Source: Breznakia blatticola
Lineage (GTDB): Bacteria; Bacillota_I; Bacilli_A; Erysipelotrichales; Erysipelotrichaceae
Reading direction: 5' to 3'
Assembly (NCBI RefSeq): GCF_004365815.1
Contig: NZ_SODD01000011.1
Coordinates: 27,694 to 59,693, forward strand
DNA length: 32,000 bases
The notes beneath the pieces are model-generated. The model made no database searches and was not told where the DNA came from. It was given only the letters and a program-made list of their open reading frames with translations. The position numbers were made by a program, and so were the translations under genes. Positions 9,556 to 17,637 of the stretch are shown here, piece by piece. Numbering within the stretch: position 1 is the stretch's first letter; each line of letters starts with the position of its first letter.

Positions 9556-10755
9556 TTAACGTACTGCGTTACGCTTTCTGTTTACTGCATAGTATCCAAA
9601 TCCTGCTGCACCAACAACGATTAGGATAATAAATGGTAAGTTATCTAATAAAATACCAGTGATACTTGTTGAATCAAATGTATTCGTAACTGCAACACTA
9701 TTTTCCTTTTCTCCTAATAGTGTGCTATATTCTGTATCTTTGTCTGCACGGATAATTAAACTATCCCCTTTATCGTAACCTTCTAATTTAACTTCTGCAC
9801 CATTTGTTTTCAGTACAGCTGAAGGCTTGTATGATGTTGAAGCAGTTTCAACTCCATCCATAGTTGTACCTGTAGGTAAATTCTCAACTACAACAGTTTC
9901 TCCATGTTTTAGCTTTACTTTAATTTCTGCCTTTTTGTTTGCTCCTGCTAGTGTAAATTGTCCTGATTTCCCACTTACATCACCATCTTTATCAACAACT
10001 TTGTAATCATATGTTTGTGATTCTGTATGTAATGATGAAGACTTGAAATTAAGTGTGAAATCAAATTCTTGCGTTAAATCTGCTAAATCTCCTGTTGTTG
10101 TTTTGCTCAAAGTGAATGATTCTGTTGGAATTGCACTTCCTGCAATTTTTCTATATACTCCAGAAAATGGAATTGTTGCTCCTGCAGTACCACCATCAAT
10201 TTTATCTGCATCTACAATATTTCCATCTACAACTTTCGTGCTATATACTGCAACACCTTGTAACTTCAATCCACCATTATCGAAATCATTAACAACATAA
10301 ACGTGCATACGATAAACTTCTGGTGCATCTGTTATTGAAGCAGTACCCGGCACAGATGGCGTTTGTTCAGTAATTTGATAAATATATTCACCTGCTTTAC
10401 TAAACCCTCCTGCTCCTACACTAGGAAGTACAATTTCTTCACTTGCAGTTACTGTAACCACATCACCATTTGTTGATTCAGTACTTGCAGAAGTAAATGA
10501 TACAGTTACGTTAGCAATAGCTGGTAAGTTTCCTGTATCTGTTGATTCATTAAAACCCTTTTTTTCGAATGCATACTGAACATTCATAGTAGGTGTTGTA
10601 GTTCCTAAGTCTTTTTTAATTGTCTTGGTAATTGTAATCTGATTAGTGAATAAGTCAGCTGCTAATACTTTTGACGTTCCTCCACTTACGAATAATCCTA
10701 CTGCCATTAAGAATGCCAGTACTCCGTATAATACTCTTGATTTTCTTTTAAACAT
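9556..10755 (-). CDS. Major (backbone) pilin candidate, T-antigen/FctA-like two-domain pilin
   Basis: Signal peptide (…KVLA/ADL). Domain-edge motifs ITITKTI, GEYIYQITE, SFTLSKTT and VAVTNTF resemble Lys/Glu/Asn isopeptide triads. C-terminus is SITG, then a hydrophobic helix, then NRKRNAVR. It sits between the sipA-like and sortase genes. Confidence 0.7.
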   Translation of the reverse strand: MFKRKSRVLYGVLAFLMAVGLFVSGGTSKVLAADLFTNQITITKTIKKDLGTTTPTMNVQYAFEKKGFNESTDTGNLPAIANVTVSFTSASTESTNGDVVTVTASEEIVLPSVGAGGFSKAGEYIYQITEQTPSVPGTASITDAPEVYRMHVYVVNDFDNGGLKLQGVAVYSTKVVDGNIVDADKIDGGTAGATIPFSGVYRKIAGSAIPTESFTLSKTTTGDLADLTQEFDFTLNFKSSSLHTESQTYDYKVVDKDGDVSGKSGQFTLAGANKKAEIKVKLKHGETVVVENLPTGTTMDGVETASTSYKPSAVLKTNGAEVKLEGYDKGDSLIIRADKDTEYSTLLGEKENSVAVTNTFDSTSITGILLDNLPFIILIVVGAAGFGYYAVNRKRNAVR

Positions 10756-10801
10756 TTCTTTTTCCTCTCTTTATCTTTCTGTTTTATAAACACACATTTA
10801 T

Positions 10802-11344
10802 TTATAGTCCTCTTCGTCTGAAGAAACTAATCGCTTTTCCTTTTATGTTTTTTACATTTACTGGACCATAGACTCGACTATCTAGGGAGTCTTTTCGATC
10901 ATCAGCTAATAGGAATACCTCATCCTCTTTTAAAGTTACTGGGAATTTTATTCCTTCAACATATGGAAGCGTTTCTTTTGTTATTTCTGGTTCATACTGC
11001 AGTGAACCATTAATCATTAATCCGTCTTCAGTGATATCTACTGTATCACCTGCCACGGCAACAACTCTTCGTAACTGTGTTTTACCTTCGTATGTAATAA
11101 CAACGACATCTCTAGCAACATAATGCTTATCAAATCGATAATACAATACTATATCTCCATTTTTTATGGACGGTGACATTGTATTATCTGCAGTTCGTTG
11201 AATTCCAAATACAAAATTAAACAATACAACAAATATTAAAATTACAACTAATATTTTTGTTAACAGTCGAAGCAGTTCGCTTTTTACCGTTGGTGGATGT
11301 TTTGGTGGTCTTTGTTTTGCCACTTTCTTTTTTTCATCCATCAA
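10802..11344 (-). CDS. Type I signal peptidase homologue with substituted catalytic dyad (SipA/LepA-like pilus assembly factor candidate)
   Basis: S26 fold motifs are all present in order: ADNTMSPSIKNGD, LRRVVAVAGDTV, LLADDRKDSLDSR. The Ser position is Thr55 (ACA, 11180-11182) and the Lys position is Arg92 (CGA, 11069-11071). ATGA start/stop overlap with the upstream adhesin gene. Confidence 0.75.
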   Translation of the reverse strand: MMDEKKKVAKQRPPKHPPTVKSELLRLLTKILVVILIFVVLFNFVFGIQRTADNTMSPSIKNGDIVLYYRFDKHYVARDVVVITYEGKTQLRRVVAVAGDTVDITEDGLMINGSLQYEPEITKETLPYVEGIKFPVTLKEDEVFLLADDRKDSLDSRVYGPVNVKNIKGKAISFFRRRGL

Positions 11345-13884
11345 TGATACCTAACTTTCTTACGTATAGAATAAATCATCCATGTAGCAATCATCATTCC
11401 ACCAATACCTAAGAGAAGATACCAAATATTGATATCATCATCAAATGCAGTTGCTGGATACTCCTTGCTTGAAGTTGTAATTGATACACTTGATGTTAGT
11501 TTATTTGCACTTGCAGTATTTTCTAACGTAATTCCTGTTGGAACATCATTCTTACCTTTTAATGTACACTTGAATGATAGTTCCACTTCTTCACCAATAT
11601 CTAAGTATATAGACATTCCATTCATCAACTCAGATACTTTATGTGTTTCATCGGTTGTTACAACATTGTTTTTATTTGTATATTTCATTGTAACAATTGT
11701 ATTTTGTGGATTTTCAATATAAGGCAATAAGTTACTTAATGTATCTTTTACCTTTGTGTTATCCGACAAAGTTGCTCCTGTCTCATTACGAACTAAAATC
11801 TTATAGTATAAGTCCTCTTTTGGTGAAGCATAATTATCACCATTCGTATCGATAACACTTTTATTAATAGAAATAATTGGCGAACCTGCAGCTATTGAAT
11901 CTGTTGCTGTAAATCTATTATCTACAATTACTGTGTTAGTTAATTGTCCATTTAGCTCATCATTTAATTTATTCAAATCAAAATTTCCAGCTCCTAAGGT
12001 TTCTGTTGCTACCAAAGTTACAGTTACTTTCTGTGACTCACCAACCCCCATCCAAAGTTTAAATCCACCTTCATAAATTAGATGTAAACTATTCTTCCAT
12101 ATTGCATCATCTCTATCATCTTCATATGCTACATAAATATTAGGATCACTTTCAAAACTTTTCTGTAAGTCAAAATACTGAGCAGTATTACCTAATATCA
12201 GTTGCAAAGGAACGTCATTAATTCCTATTACTGAATTATTTGTTACAAAGAACTCGAACTTGACTTTATCACCTGGTCGTACGATTTCATCATCGCATAC
12301 ACCATCGCATACCTTTGTCATTTTCTTATCTATGGAAACATCCATTTTTGTATAAGCATCAACTTCAGTATCATTGATACCAGCATACACTGTGTTTTTG
12401 AATCTATCGATATTATCAAATCCCAATGCTTTTAAAGAAGCTTCATCTTTCATTACGACACTGAATTTAACTTCAAACTCATATCCCGATTCTAAATCAA
12501 CACTTAATTCTCCTGACATTAATTTTTTAATTGTAGTTGATGACCTACCAATTTCAGTTGGGTTACCTTCTGATGACGATTTTTTCTTTATTATGGTTAC
12601 CTCTTGATTATCAGGATATACGAAATAATCATAGATTCCTTCTAATGGGTCTTTAATTACCATATTCTCATATGTAGCACCACCATAGTTTGATACAACT
12701 ATCGTATATGTTATCGTATCGTTTGGTTCAGCAAAGTTATTTCCATCTGGTCCATCTGTAACAAATTTTCCAACATATAAGTTTGGAAATTGTAGATCAA
12801 TATTTGCTTGTGCTTCAACTCCACCTACAGTAACTCTATTTTCCATACTCTTTTGGTATCCACCCAAAACAGCTGTAGAAAGTTTTCCACTTCCTTTTGC
12901 GGCATTAGCAGCATCTTCGATACTTCTTAGTTCTACTCTATATTTCATTTTGACTGTAGCACCTGCAGGAATATTATAGCTTCCATAACGTTGTGTAAGT
13001 CCACCCATTGTTTTTTTAACTCCAGGTTGTTCTTGCAGTACATCGTTAACATAAATATCCACTACTTGTTCTTCTTCTGGCTGTTTATAATACTCTACTA
13101 ACACTGGTGAAAATTTACTAAACATATCTAACTCATCAAAAAATAGAATTTCTTTCAAATCTGCACCAGTTTTATTTTCTGCAGAAATTGTATATTCTAA
13201 GGTATCACCAGCCCAACCAGGATGATTTGGATCTCTTGTTTTATTGATTACTGATTTCGTTACCAATAATTGATCTGTTGTGTAATCATTCTTACAAAAT
13301 AGAACATTTCGATATAAATCTCCGATGCGCACTGTACCATTAATACTTGTTGTGGCATTTGGCATGTTTACCTTATGATTAAATCCTGTAACTAATGTTC
13401 CACTTAGTGTTTTACTTGTAGAAGCATCAAACTTCATTTCTATTGTTCCTGTAGTTCTTTCTCCAGATGTACTAGCATTAATTCGCCATTGTCCTACGGT
13501 CACTCCATTACTATCTACAAGATTACTGTACGCTGTATTACTATACAAGTAATTGATATTGTCGCTTACTAAAAAGTCAAATATGACAGAATCTCCTTCT
13601 TGGAAACTACTATTTTGTGTAGTAGCTGTCCAATCTATTGATGCATTGATCATATCTCCATCAAGCATCGCTGCATAGTTTGTCATATTATATCCTTGAC
13701 TCGTTTCTATTATAAATTCATTAATTGTAATTCCAACATTTCCACTTGATAACAATGATATTTCTTCATTTCTTTCAGTTTCTTCTTTAGCTTGAATCGG
13801 TACTTTACTAAGCAAAGAAGCGACCACAATAAAAAAAACCAGGATTAACCAAGTTAAATTCTTTTTGTTTGTTTTCCCTACCAT
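11341..13884 (-). CDS. Large surface adhesin / pilus tip candidate: N-terminal Cna-A-like binding domain plus four DUF11-type repeat domains and a C-terminal anchor
   Basis: Signal peptide. Residues ~45-195 follow a collagen-binding-like pattern (IDWTATT...EGDSVIFDF...LVDSNGVTVGQWRI). Four ~150-aa repeats each contain a DUF11-like core: GDTLEYTISAENKTG, NDTITYTIVVSNYGG, GDKVKFEFFVTNNS, EDLYYKILVRNETG. C-terminus is YPATA...TM...RKKVRYH. Confidence 0.65.
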   Translation of the reverse strand: MVGKTNKKNLTWLILVFFIVVASLLSKVPIQAKEETERNEEISLLSSGNVGITINEFIIETSQGYNMTNYAAMLDGDMINASIDWTATTQNSSFQEGDSVIFDFLVSDNINYLYSNTAYSNLVDSNGVTVGQWRINASTSGERTTGTIEMKFDASTSKTLSGTLVTGFNHKVNMPNATTSINGTVRIGDLYRNVLFCKNDYTTDQLLVTKSVINKTRDPNHPGWAGDTLEYTISAENKTGADLKEILFFDELDMFSKFSPVLVEYYKQPEEEQVVDIYVNDVLQEQPGVKKTMGGLTQRYGSYNIPAGATVKMKYRVELRSIEDAANAAKGSGKLSTAVLGGYQKSMENRVTVGGVEAQANIDLQFPNLYVGKFVTDGPDGNNFAEPNDTITYTIVVSNYGGATYENMVIKDPLEGIYDYFVYPDNQEVTIIKKKSSSEGNPTEIGRSSTTIKKLMSGELSVDLESGYEFEVKFSVVMKDEASLKALGFDNIDRFKNTVYAGINDTEVDAYTKMDVSIDKKMTKVCDGVCDDEIVRPGDKVKFEFFVTNNSVIGINDVPLQLILGNTAQYFDLQKSFESDPNIYVAYEDDRDDAIWKNSLHLIYEGGFKLWMGVGESQKVTVTLVATETLGAGNFDLNKLNDELNGQLTNTVIVDNRFTATDSIAAGSPIISINKSVIDTNGDNYASPKEDLYYKILVRNETGATLSDNTKVKDTLSNLLPYIENPQNTIVTMKYTNKNNVVTTDETHKVSELMNGMSIYLDIGEEVELSFKCTLKGKNDVPTGITLENTASANKLTSSVSITTSSKEYPATAFDDDINIWYLLLGIGGMMIATWMIYSIRKKVRYH

Positions 13885-13968
13885 ACGTCACATCCCATCA
13901 TACACTTATTCTATCTCCTAATATTTTCTTTGCTCGTATTCTAACTAATGTGAAAATATACATAGTTT

Positions 13969-13997
13969 ATTATAATCGTTCACCATAAATACGTCAA
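13969..13997 (-). promoter_or_regulatory. Sigma-A-type promoter of the pilus operon
   Basis: Minus strand reads TTGACG (13997-13992), a 17-nt spacer, then TATAAT (13974-13969). This predicts a 5' UTR of roughly 75-80 nt. Confidence 0.6.
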
Positions 13998-14071
13998 TCT
14001 ATTTGATTCTTCATAAAATGCGTTTTATGCGTGTTTTGTGCGAAATATACAGATTATTTTATTCTATATTT

Positions 14072-14100
14072 TTTACCAATCTCTATAAAACCTGTATAAT
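14072..14100 (+). promoter_or_regulatory. Candidate promoter of the HAD hydrolase gene
   Basis: TTTACC (14072-14077), a 17-nt spacer, TATAAT (14095-14100). AGAGG SD at 14106-14110. Confidence 0.45.
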
Positions 14101-14117
14101 GAAACAGAGGTAAGATT

Positions 14118-14942
14118 ATGTATAAATTAATAGCTACAGATTTAGATGAAACATTACTTAATGATGACCACGAAGTCTCATTGAAAACCAAACAAGCAAT
14201 CTATAAAGCACAAGAACAAGGAATCTATATTGTTCCTTGTAGTGGACGTGCACCGGGATTTCTAGCAAATCTTTATGATGAATTACATATCAATGATGAT
14301 CATAACTACAGCATACTAGCAAACGGATCAATTGTGATTCAAAATAAAAGTGAAGCCATCATTTCAGCAACAAGTATTCCTTTTGAAAATGGAAAGTCGA
14401 TATTTACGGATGCAACTGAAAAGGGATACTGTGTAGAAGTGTTTACGCCTAAAAAAGTATATGTTTTTCAAGTAACTCCTGATGAAAAAGAACGTCTTTT
14501 TAGTTTTGGTAATCGTATGCAATTTGTAGATGACACAGACTATTCAATTTTTGAAAATCAAGAAGTGTTAAAGATCCTAATTGTTAAAGAGGGTGGAATT
14601 CCAGAATTCCAAGAATATGAAGCTACGCATACCCATGTATTTGAAGGTAAAGTTTGTGTAAGCTACTCAAGTAATCGATATATGGAAATCAACCCTTTGC
14701 ATGTAGATAAAGGAACTGGATTAGCTGCATTAGCAAAGCATTTGAATATCCCAATTGAACAAACTATCGGTGTTGGTGATAATTTCAATGATGTTGGATT
14801 AATGAAGAGTGCAGGTTTAAGTATTGCTGTTGCTAATGCAATTCCAGAAATCAAAGAACTTTCTGATGTTGTACTTCCTTATACAAATAATGAAGATGCG
14901 ATTATGCATATACTTGAAGAATATGTATTTTCAAAGAAGTAG
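14118..14942 (+). CDS. Cof-type HAD-IIB family hydrolase (sugar-phosphate phosphatase family)
   Basis: Motif I IATDLDETLL, motif III/IV GVGDNFNDVGLMKSAG, and a Cof-type cap region. Confidence 0.85.
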   Translation: MYKLIATDLDETLLNDDHEVSLKTKQAIYKAQEQGIYIVPCSGRAPGFLANLYDELHINDDHNYSILANGSIVIQNKSEAIISATSIPFENGKSIFTDATEKGYCVEVFTPKKVYVFQVTPDEKERLFSFGNRMQFVDDTDYSIFENQEVLKILIVKEGGIPEFQEYEATHTHVFEGKVCVSYSSNRYMEINPLHVDKGTGLAALAKHLNIPIEQTIGVGDNFNDVGLMKSAGLSIAVANAIPEIKELSDVVLPYTNNEDAIMHILEEYVFSKK

Positions 14943-14968
14943 TGATATAATGAAGCAAGGTGATACAC

Positions 14969-15724
14969 ATGAATAATAATCCAATTGGCGTTTTTGATTC
15001 TGGACTTGGTGGAATCAGCGTCCTTAACACATGTTTGACAATCTTGCCAAACGAACATTATATATACTATGGTGATTCTTTACATGCACCATATGGAACC
15101 AAGCCAAAAGAAGATGTCCTTGCTCGATGCATTGAAATCTGTGACTACTTTATTCAAAAAAATGCTAAAGCGATCGTAGTTGCTTGTAATACTGCAACAA
15201 GTGTTGCAATTACTGAACTTCGTAAACGTTATAGTATTCCAATTATTGGAATGGAACCTGCCTTAAAGGTAGCTGCACACAATAAAGAAAATAAGAATAT
15301 TATTGTGATGGCAACACCCTTAACGTTAAAAGAAAAAAAGTTTGCATCATTAATGGCTAATTATGCAAATAATAGTACGATTTTAAAAATGCCATGTCCT
15401 GAATTTGTTGAAATCGTGGAACATGGAATGCAGGATGTCCAATCAAGAGTAAATAAGCAAATCGATGTATATAAAGATCTCATTCAGGATCGTCAAATCG
15501 ATAGTATTGTATTAGGTTGTACACACTTTCTATTTGTAAAACAAGAAATCGAGAATTACTTTAACCATAATGTACAAATGATTGATGGAAATGAAGGAAC
15601 CGCTCGACAATTAAAACATTTATTGGAAATCGATGGAAATCTAGGAAACCACAAACAAAAAGTGGAAATATTCAATTCGGATGAATCGAAACTTCCACTT
15701 AGTTATCAATTAGTAGATGCTTAG
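14969..15724 (+). CDS. murI: Glutamate racemase
   Basis: GVFDSGLGGISVL, VVACNTATS and LGCTHF catalytic Cys motifs. Start moved to the ATG at 14969, which follows AAGGTGA; the listed ORF begins at a GTG at 14960. Confidence 0.9.
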   Translation: MNNNPIGVFDSGLGGISVLNTCLTILPNEHYIYYGDSLHAPYGTKPKEDVLARCIEICDYFIQKNAKAIVVACNTATSVAITELRKRYSIPIIGMEPALKVAAHNKENKNIIVMATPLTLKEKKFASLMANYANNSTILKMPCPEFVEIVEHGMQDVQSRVNKQIDVYKDLIQDRQIDSIVLGCTHFLFVKQEIENYFNHNVQMIDGNEGTARQLKHLLEIDGNLGNHKQKVEIFNSDESKLPLSYQLVDA

Positions 15725-15728
15725 GTGT

Positions 15729-16493
15729 CTACTTTTTTCTTGCCATAATATACGAAACTGCTTTATTTACGAAAACATTTGGTAAGAGTTTTGTGCAGAT
15801 ATACCCTATTTTATTGTATACACCAGGAATAATCATCATCTTATTTTTCTTCAGTCCCCGATATGCGGTTTTCGCAACACTCTGTGCTTCCATGACATGC
15901 ATGGTAAACAAGTGTGTATCTTCTGCATCTGATTTCGATGCAAATAGTGTTCTTGTTGCTCCTGGACATAATGCACTTACTTTTACCTTGTATGGTTTAC
16001 ACTCATTATGAAGTCCTTTCGTAAATGAAAGAATATATGCTTTTACTGCTCCATACACAGCTGCATTTTCTAACCCAACAAAACTAGCCATACTAGCGAC
16101 ATTGAGTACACTCCCATATTGATGTTTTACCATATCTGGAACATAGTAATGACATAGCTCCGTAAGGAAATTGTTTTGTAGTTGAATCATTTCCATCTGT
16201 TTTTGTAAATCGCTATGCACAAATGCTCCATACTCCATAAATCCCGCATTATTTACAAGTGCATCTACTGGATCTTTGATTTCGTTATATAGTAACTTGG
16301 CTGCATTTGGTTGACTTAAATCAAGTACATAAATTTGTACCTGAATGTTATATGCTTGCTCAAGTTCTGCTTTTTGTTGCTCCAGTTTTAATTTGCTACG
16401 TGAAACAAGGATAAGATTGTATCCATCACTAGCAAATAACTTTGCTAACTCATATCCAATTCCACTTGTTGTACCAGTAATTAATGCGTTCAT
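15729..16493 (-). CDS. SDR-family oxidoreductase
   Basis: TGTTSGIGYELA cofactor motif, NNAG, and a YGAVK (YxxxK) catalytic motif. It is the last gene of the minus-strand ABC cluster. Confidence 0.85.
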   Translation of the reverse strand: MNALITGTTSGIGYELAKLFASDGYNLILVSRSKLKLEQQKAELEQAYNIQVQIYVLDLSQPNAAKLLYNEIKDPVDALVNNAGFMEYGAFVHSDLQKQMEMIQLQNNFLTELCHYYVPDMVKHQYGSVLNVASMASFVGLENAAVYGAVKAYILSFTKGLHNECKPYKVKVSALCPGATRTLFASKSDAEDTHLFTMHVMEAQSVAKTAYRGLKKNKMMIIPGVYNKIGYICTKLLPNVFVNKAVSYIMARKK

Positions 16494-16503
16494 GTATGAC
16501 TCC

Positions 16504-17637
16504 TTAGATGATGTTTTTACGTTTTCGTTTTTGGATAATGAAAGCTACAACAAATATCACAATACCAAACAATAAGGTAATTCCCATGTTTTGATAAATT
16601 GGTGTTAATTGCTTACTATTCATTTTAGTCAATTCGAAAATTAGATCATTATTTCTAACAAAATAGTAACTTGGTGTGAATTTTGCAACCATAAGTACGC
16701 CATCTGTTAATAATGCTTGAGGAACAAAACTACCACTCACAAAGGCTAAGAATAAACTAATAACATTTTGCATTCCACCAATGACTTCACGTTTCTTCAC
16801 AAAGACGCATAGTAAATAACCTAATGCAAGTGATGGTACAACTATACACGCTAAGTTAAGAATGTATAAATGACTACCAATAGCTTTCATTGCATTTCCA
16901 AATACACCATATGCATACGCTGTTGAACATAATACAAAGATTGCTCCTAATGCAATAGTTGCTAAGGCAATTTGGAAGTTATAACTCTTATTAGAAATTG
17001 GTGAAATCATCAAGCGACGTTTAATATCTGTCTTGTTTAATTCAATCATAACAATTCCAATAGCAGCGATAAGTCCACTAAAGAATGAATAATTCAAGAA
17101 GTTGAATAAGAAGTTAATTGGTAAGTCATCTTTTTGTTGGATGCCTGTATACGCAATTTCTTCTTTCATATCTTCATTGGTTGCTTTAATGACATCCTTG
17201 ATATCACTATTTCCATATGTTGCATGTGCATACAGTGTGTCTGTATAGTTTGTTACATAACTATCCACGACATATGCAGATGAACTGTCTGGTAATTGTT
17301 TCTTTTCTAATTCGATAACTGCTTGACTATCAAGTGATGCTTCATATCCTTTTGGAATATACAATACGTAATCCACTTGACGATAATACATCGCATCTTC
17401 GATGTCTGCTTCTTTGACATCTTGTAATTCAACTTTATCTTTTAAATACGTTGTTAGTGCTTTGGATGCTTCACTTTGATCTTGGTCAGCAATGACTACT
17501 TTTGCTTTTGTCTCAATTGACGATGATGCACTATCTTGTACAAACATAAACGACATTGCAAACGCAATAAGTAATGTCATGATGACTGACCACTTGTTTT
17601 TATATATAATACGGAAGAATAACTTAAAGACTTGCAT
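16504..17637 (-). CDS. ABC-2 type transporter permease
   Basis: N-terminal TM helix, a large extracytoplasmic loop (~150 aa), then 5 C-terminal TM helices. 14-nt overlap with the upstream permease gene. Confidence 0.75.
   Translation of the reverse strand: MQVFKLFFRIIYKNKWSVIMTLLIAFAMSFMFVQDSASSSIETKAKVVIADQDQSEASKALTTYLKDKVELQDVKEADIEDAMYYRQVDYVLYIPKGYEASLDSQAVIELEKKQLPDSSSAYVVDSYVTNYTDTLYAHATYGNSDIKDVIKATNEDMKEEIAYTGIQQKDDLPINFLFNFLNYSFFSGLIAAIGIVMIELNKTDIKRRLMISPISNKSYNFQIALATIALGAIFVLCSTAYAYGVFGNAMKAIGSHLYILNLACIVVPSLALGYLLCVFVKKREVIGGMQNVISLFLAFVSGSFVPQALLTDGVLMVAKFTPSYYFVRNNDLIFELTKMNSKQLTPIYQNMGITLLFGIVIFVVAFIIQKRKRKNII

Noticed and set aside
11533-11544. An exact V-P-T-G tetrapeptide (the streptococcal pilin-type sorting motif) inside the adhesin, ~60 aa before the C-terminus
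   Set aside because: It is not followed by a hydrophobic helix and basic tail. It sits in the last strand region of the fourth DUF11-like module (…VPTGITLENTASAN), so it is most likely coincidental.
8737-12607. Plus-strand ORFs inside the pilus genes (8737-8997, 10043-10300, 11429-11722, 12374-12607) and the minus-strand out-of-frame ORF 8825-9040
   Set aside because: They are antisense or out-of-frame shadows of well-supported minus-strand genes. They have low-complexity composition and no SD or homology. The same reasoning applies to the other short shadow ORFs in the track, for example 99-293, 884-1132, 1525-1803, 19223-19647 and 31487-31828.
11341-13884. Search for a thioester (Cpa-like) domain in the adhesin
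   Set aside because: The protein has only four Cys (LFCKND, KVCDGVCDD, FKCTL). None is in a Cys-x-x-Gln context with the surrounding TED pattern.
15712-15738. Possible murI terminator (AGTAGA-N10-TCTACT followed by TTTTT) in the 4-nt murI/SDR convergent junction
   Set aside because: It has only a 6-bp AT-rich stem with a 10-nt loop and lies inside the SDR coding end. It is too weak to call.
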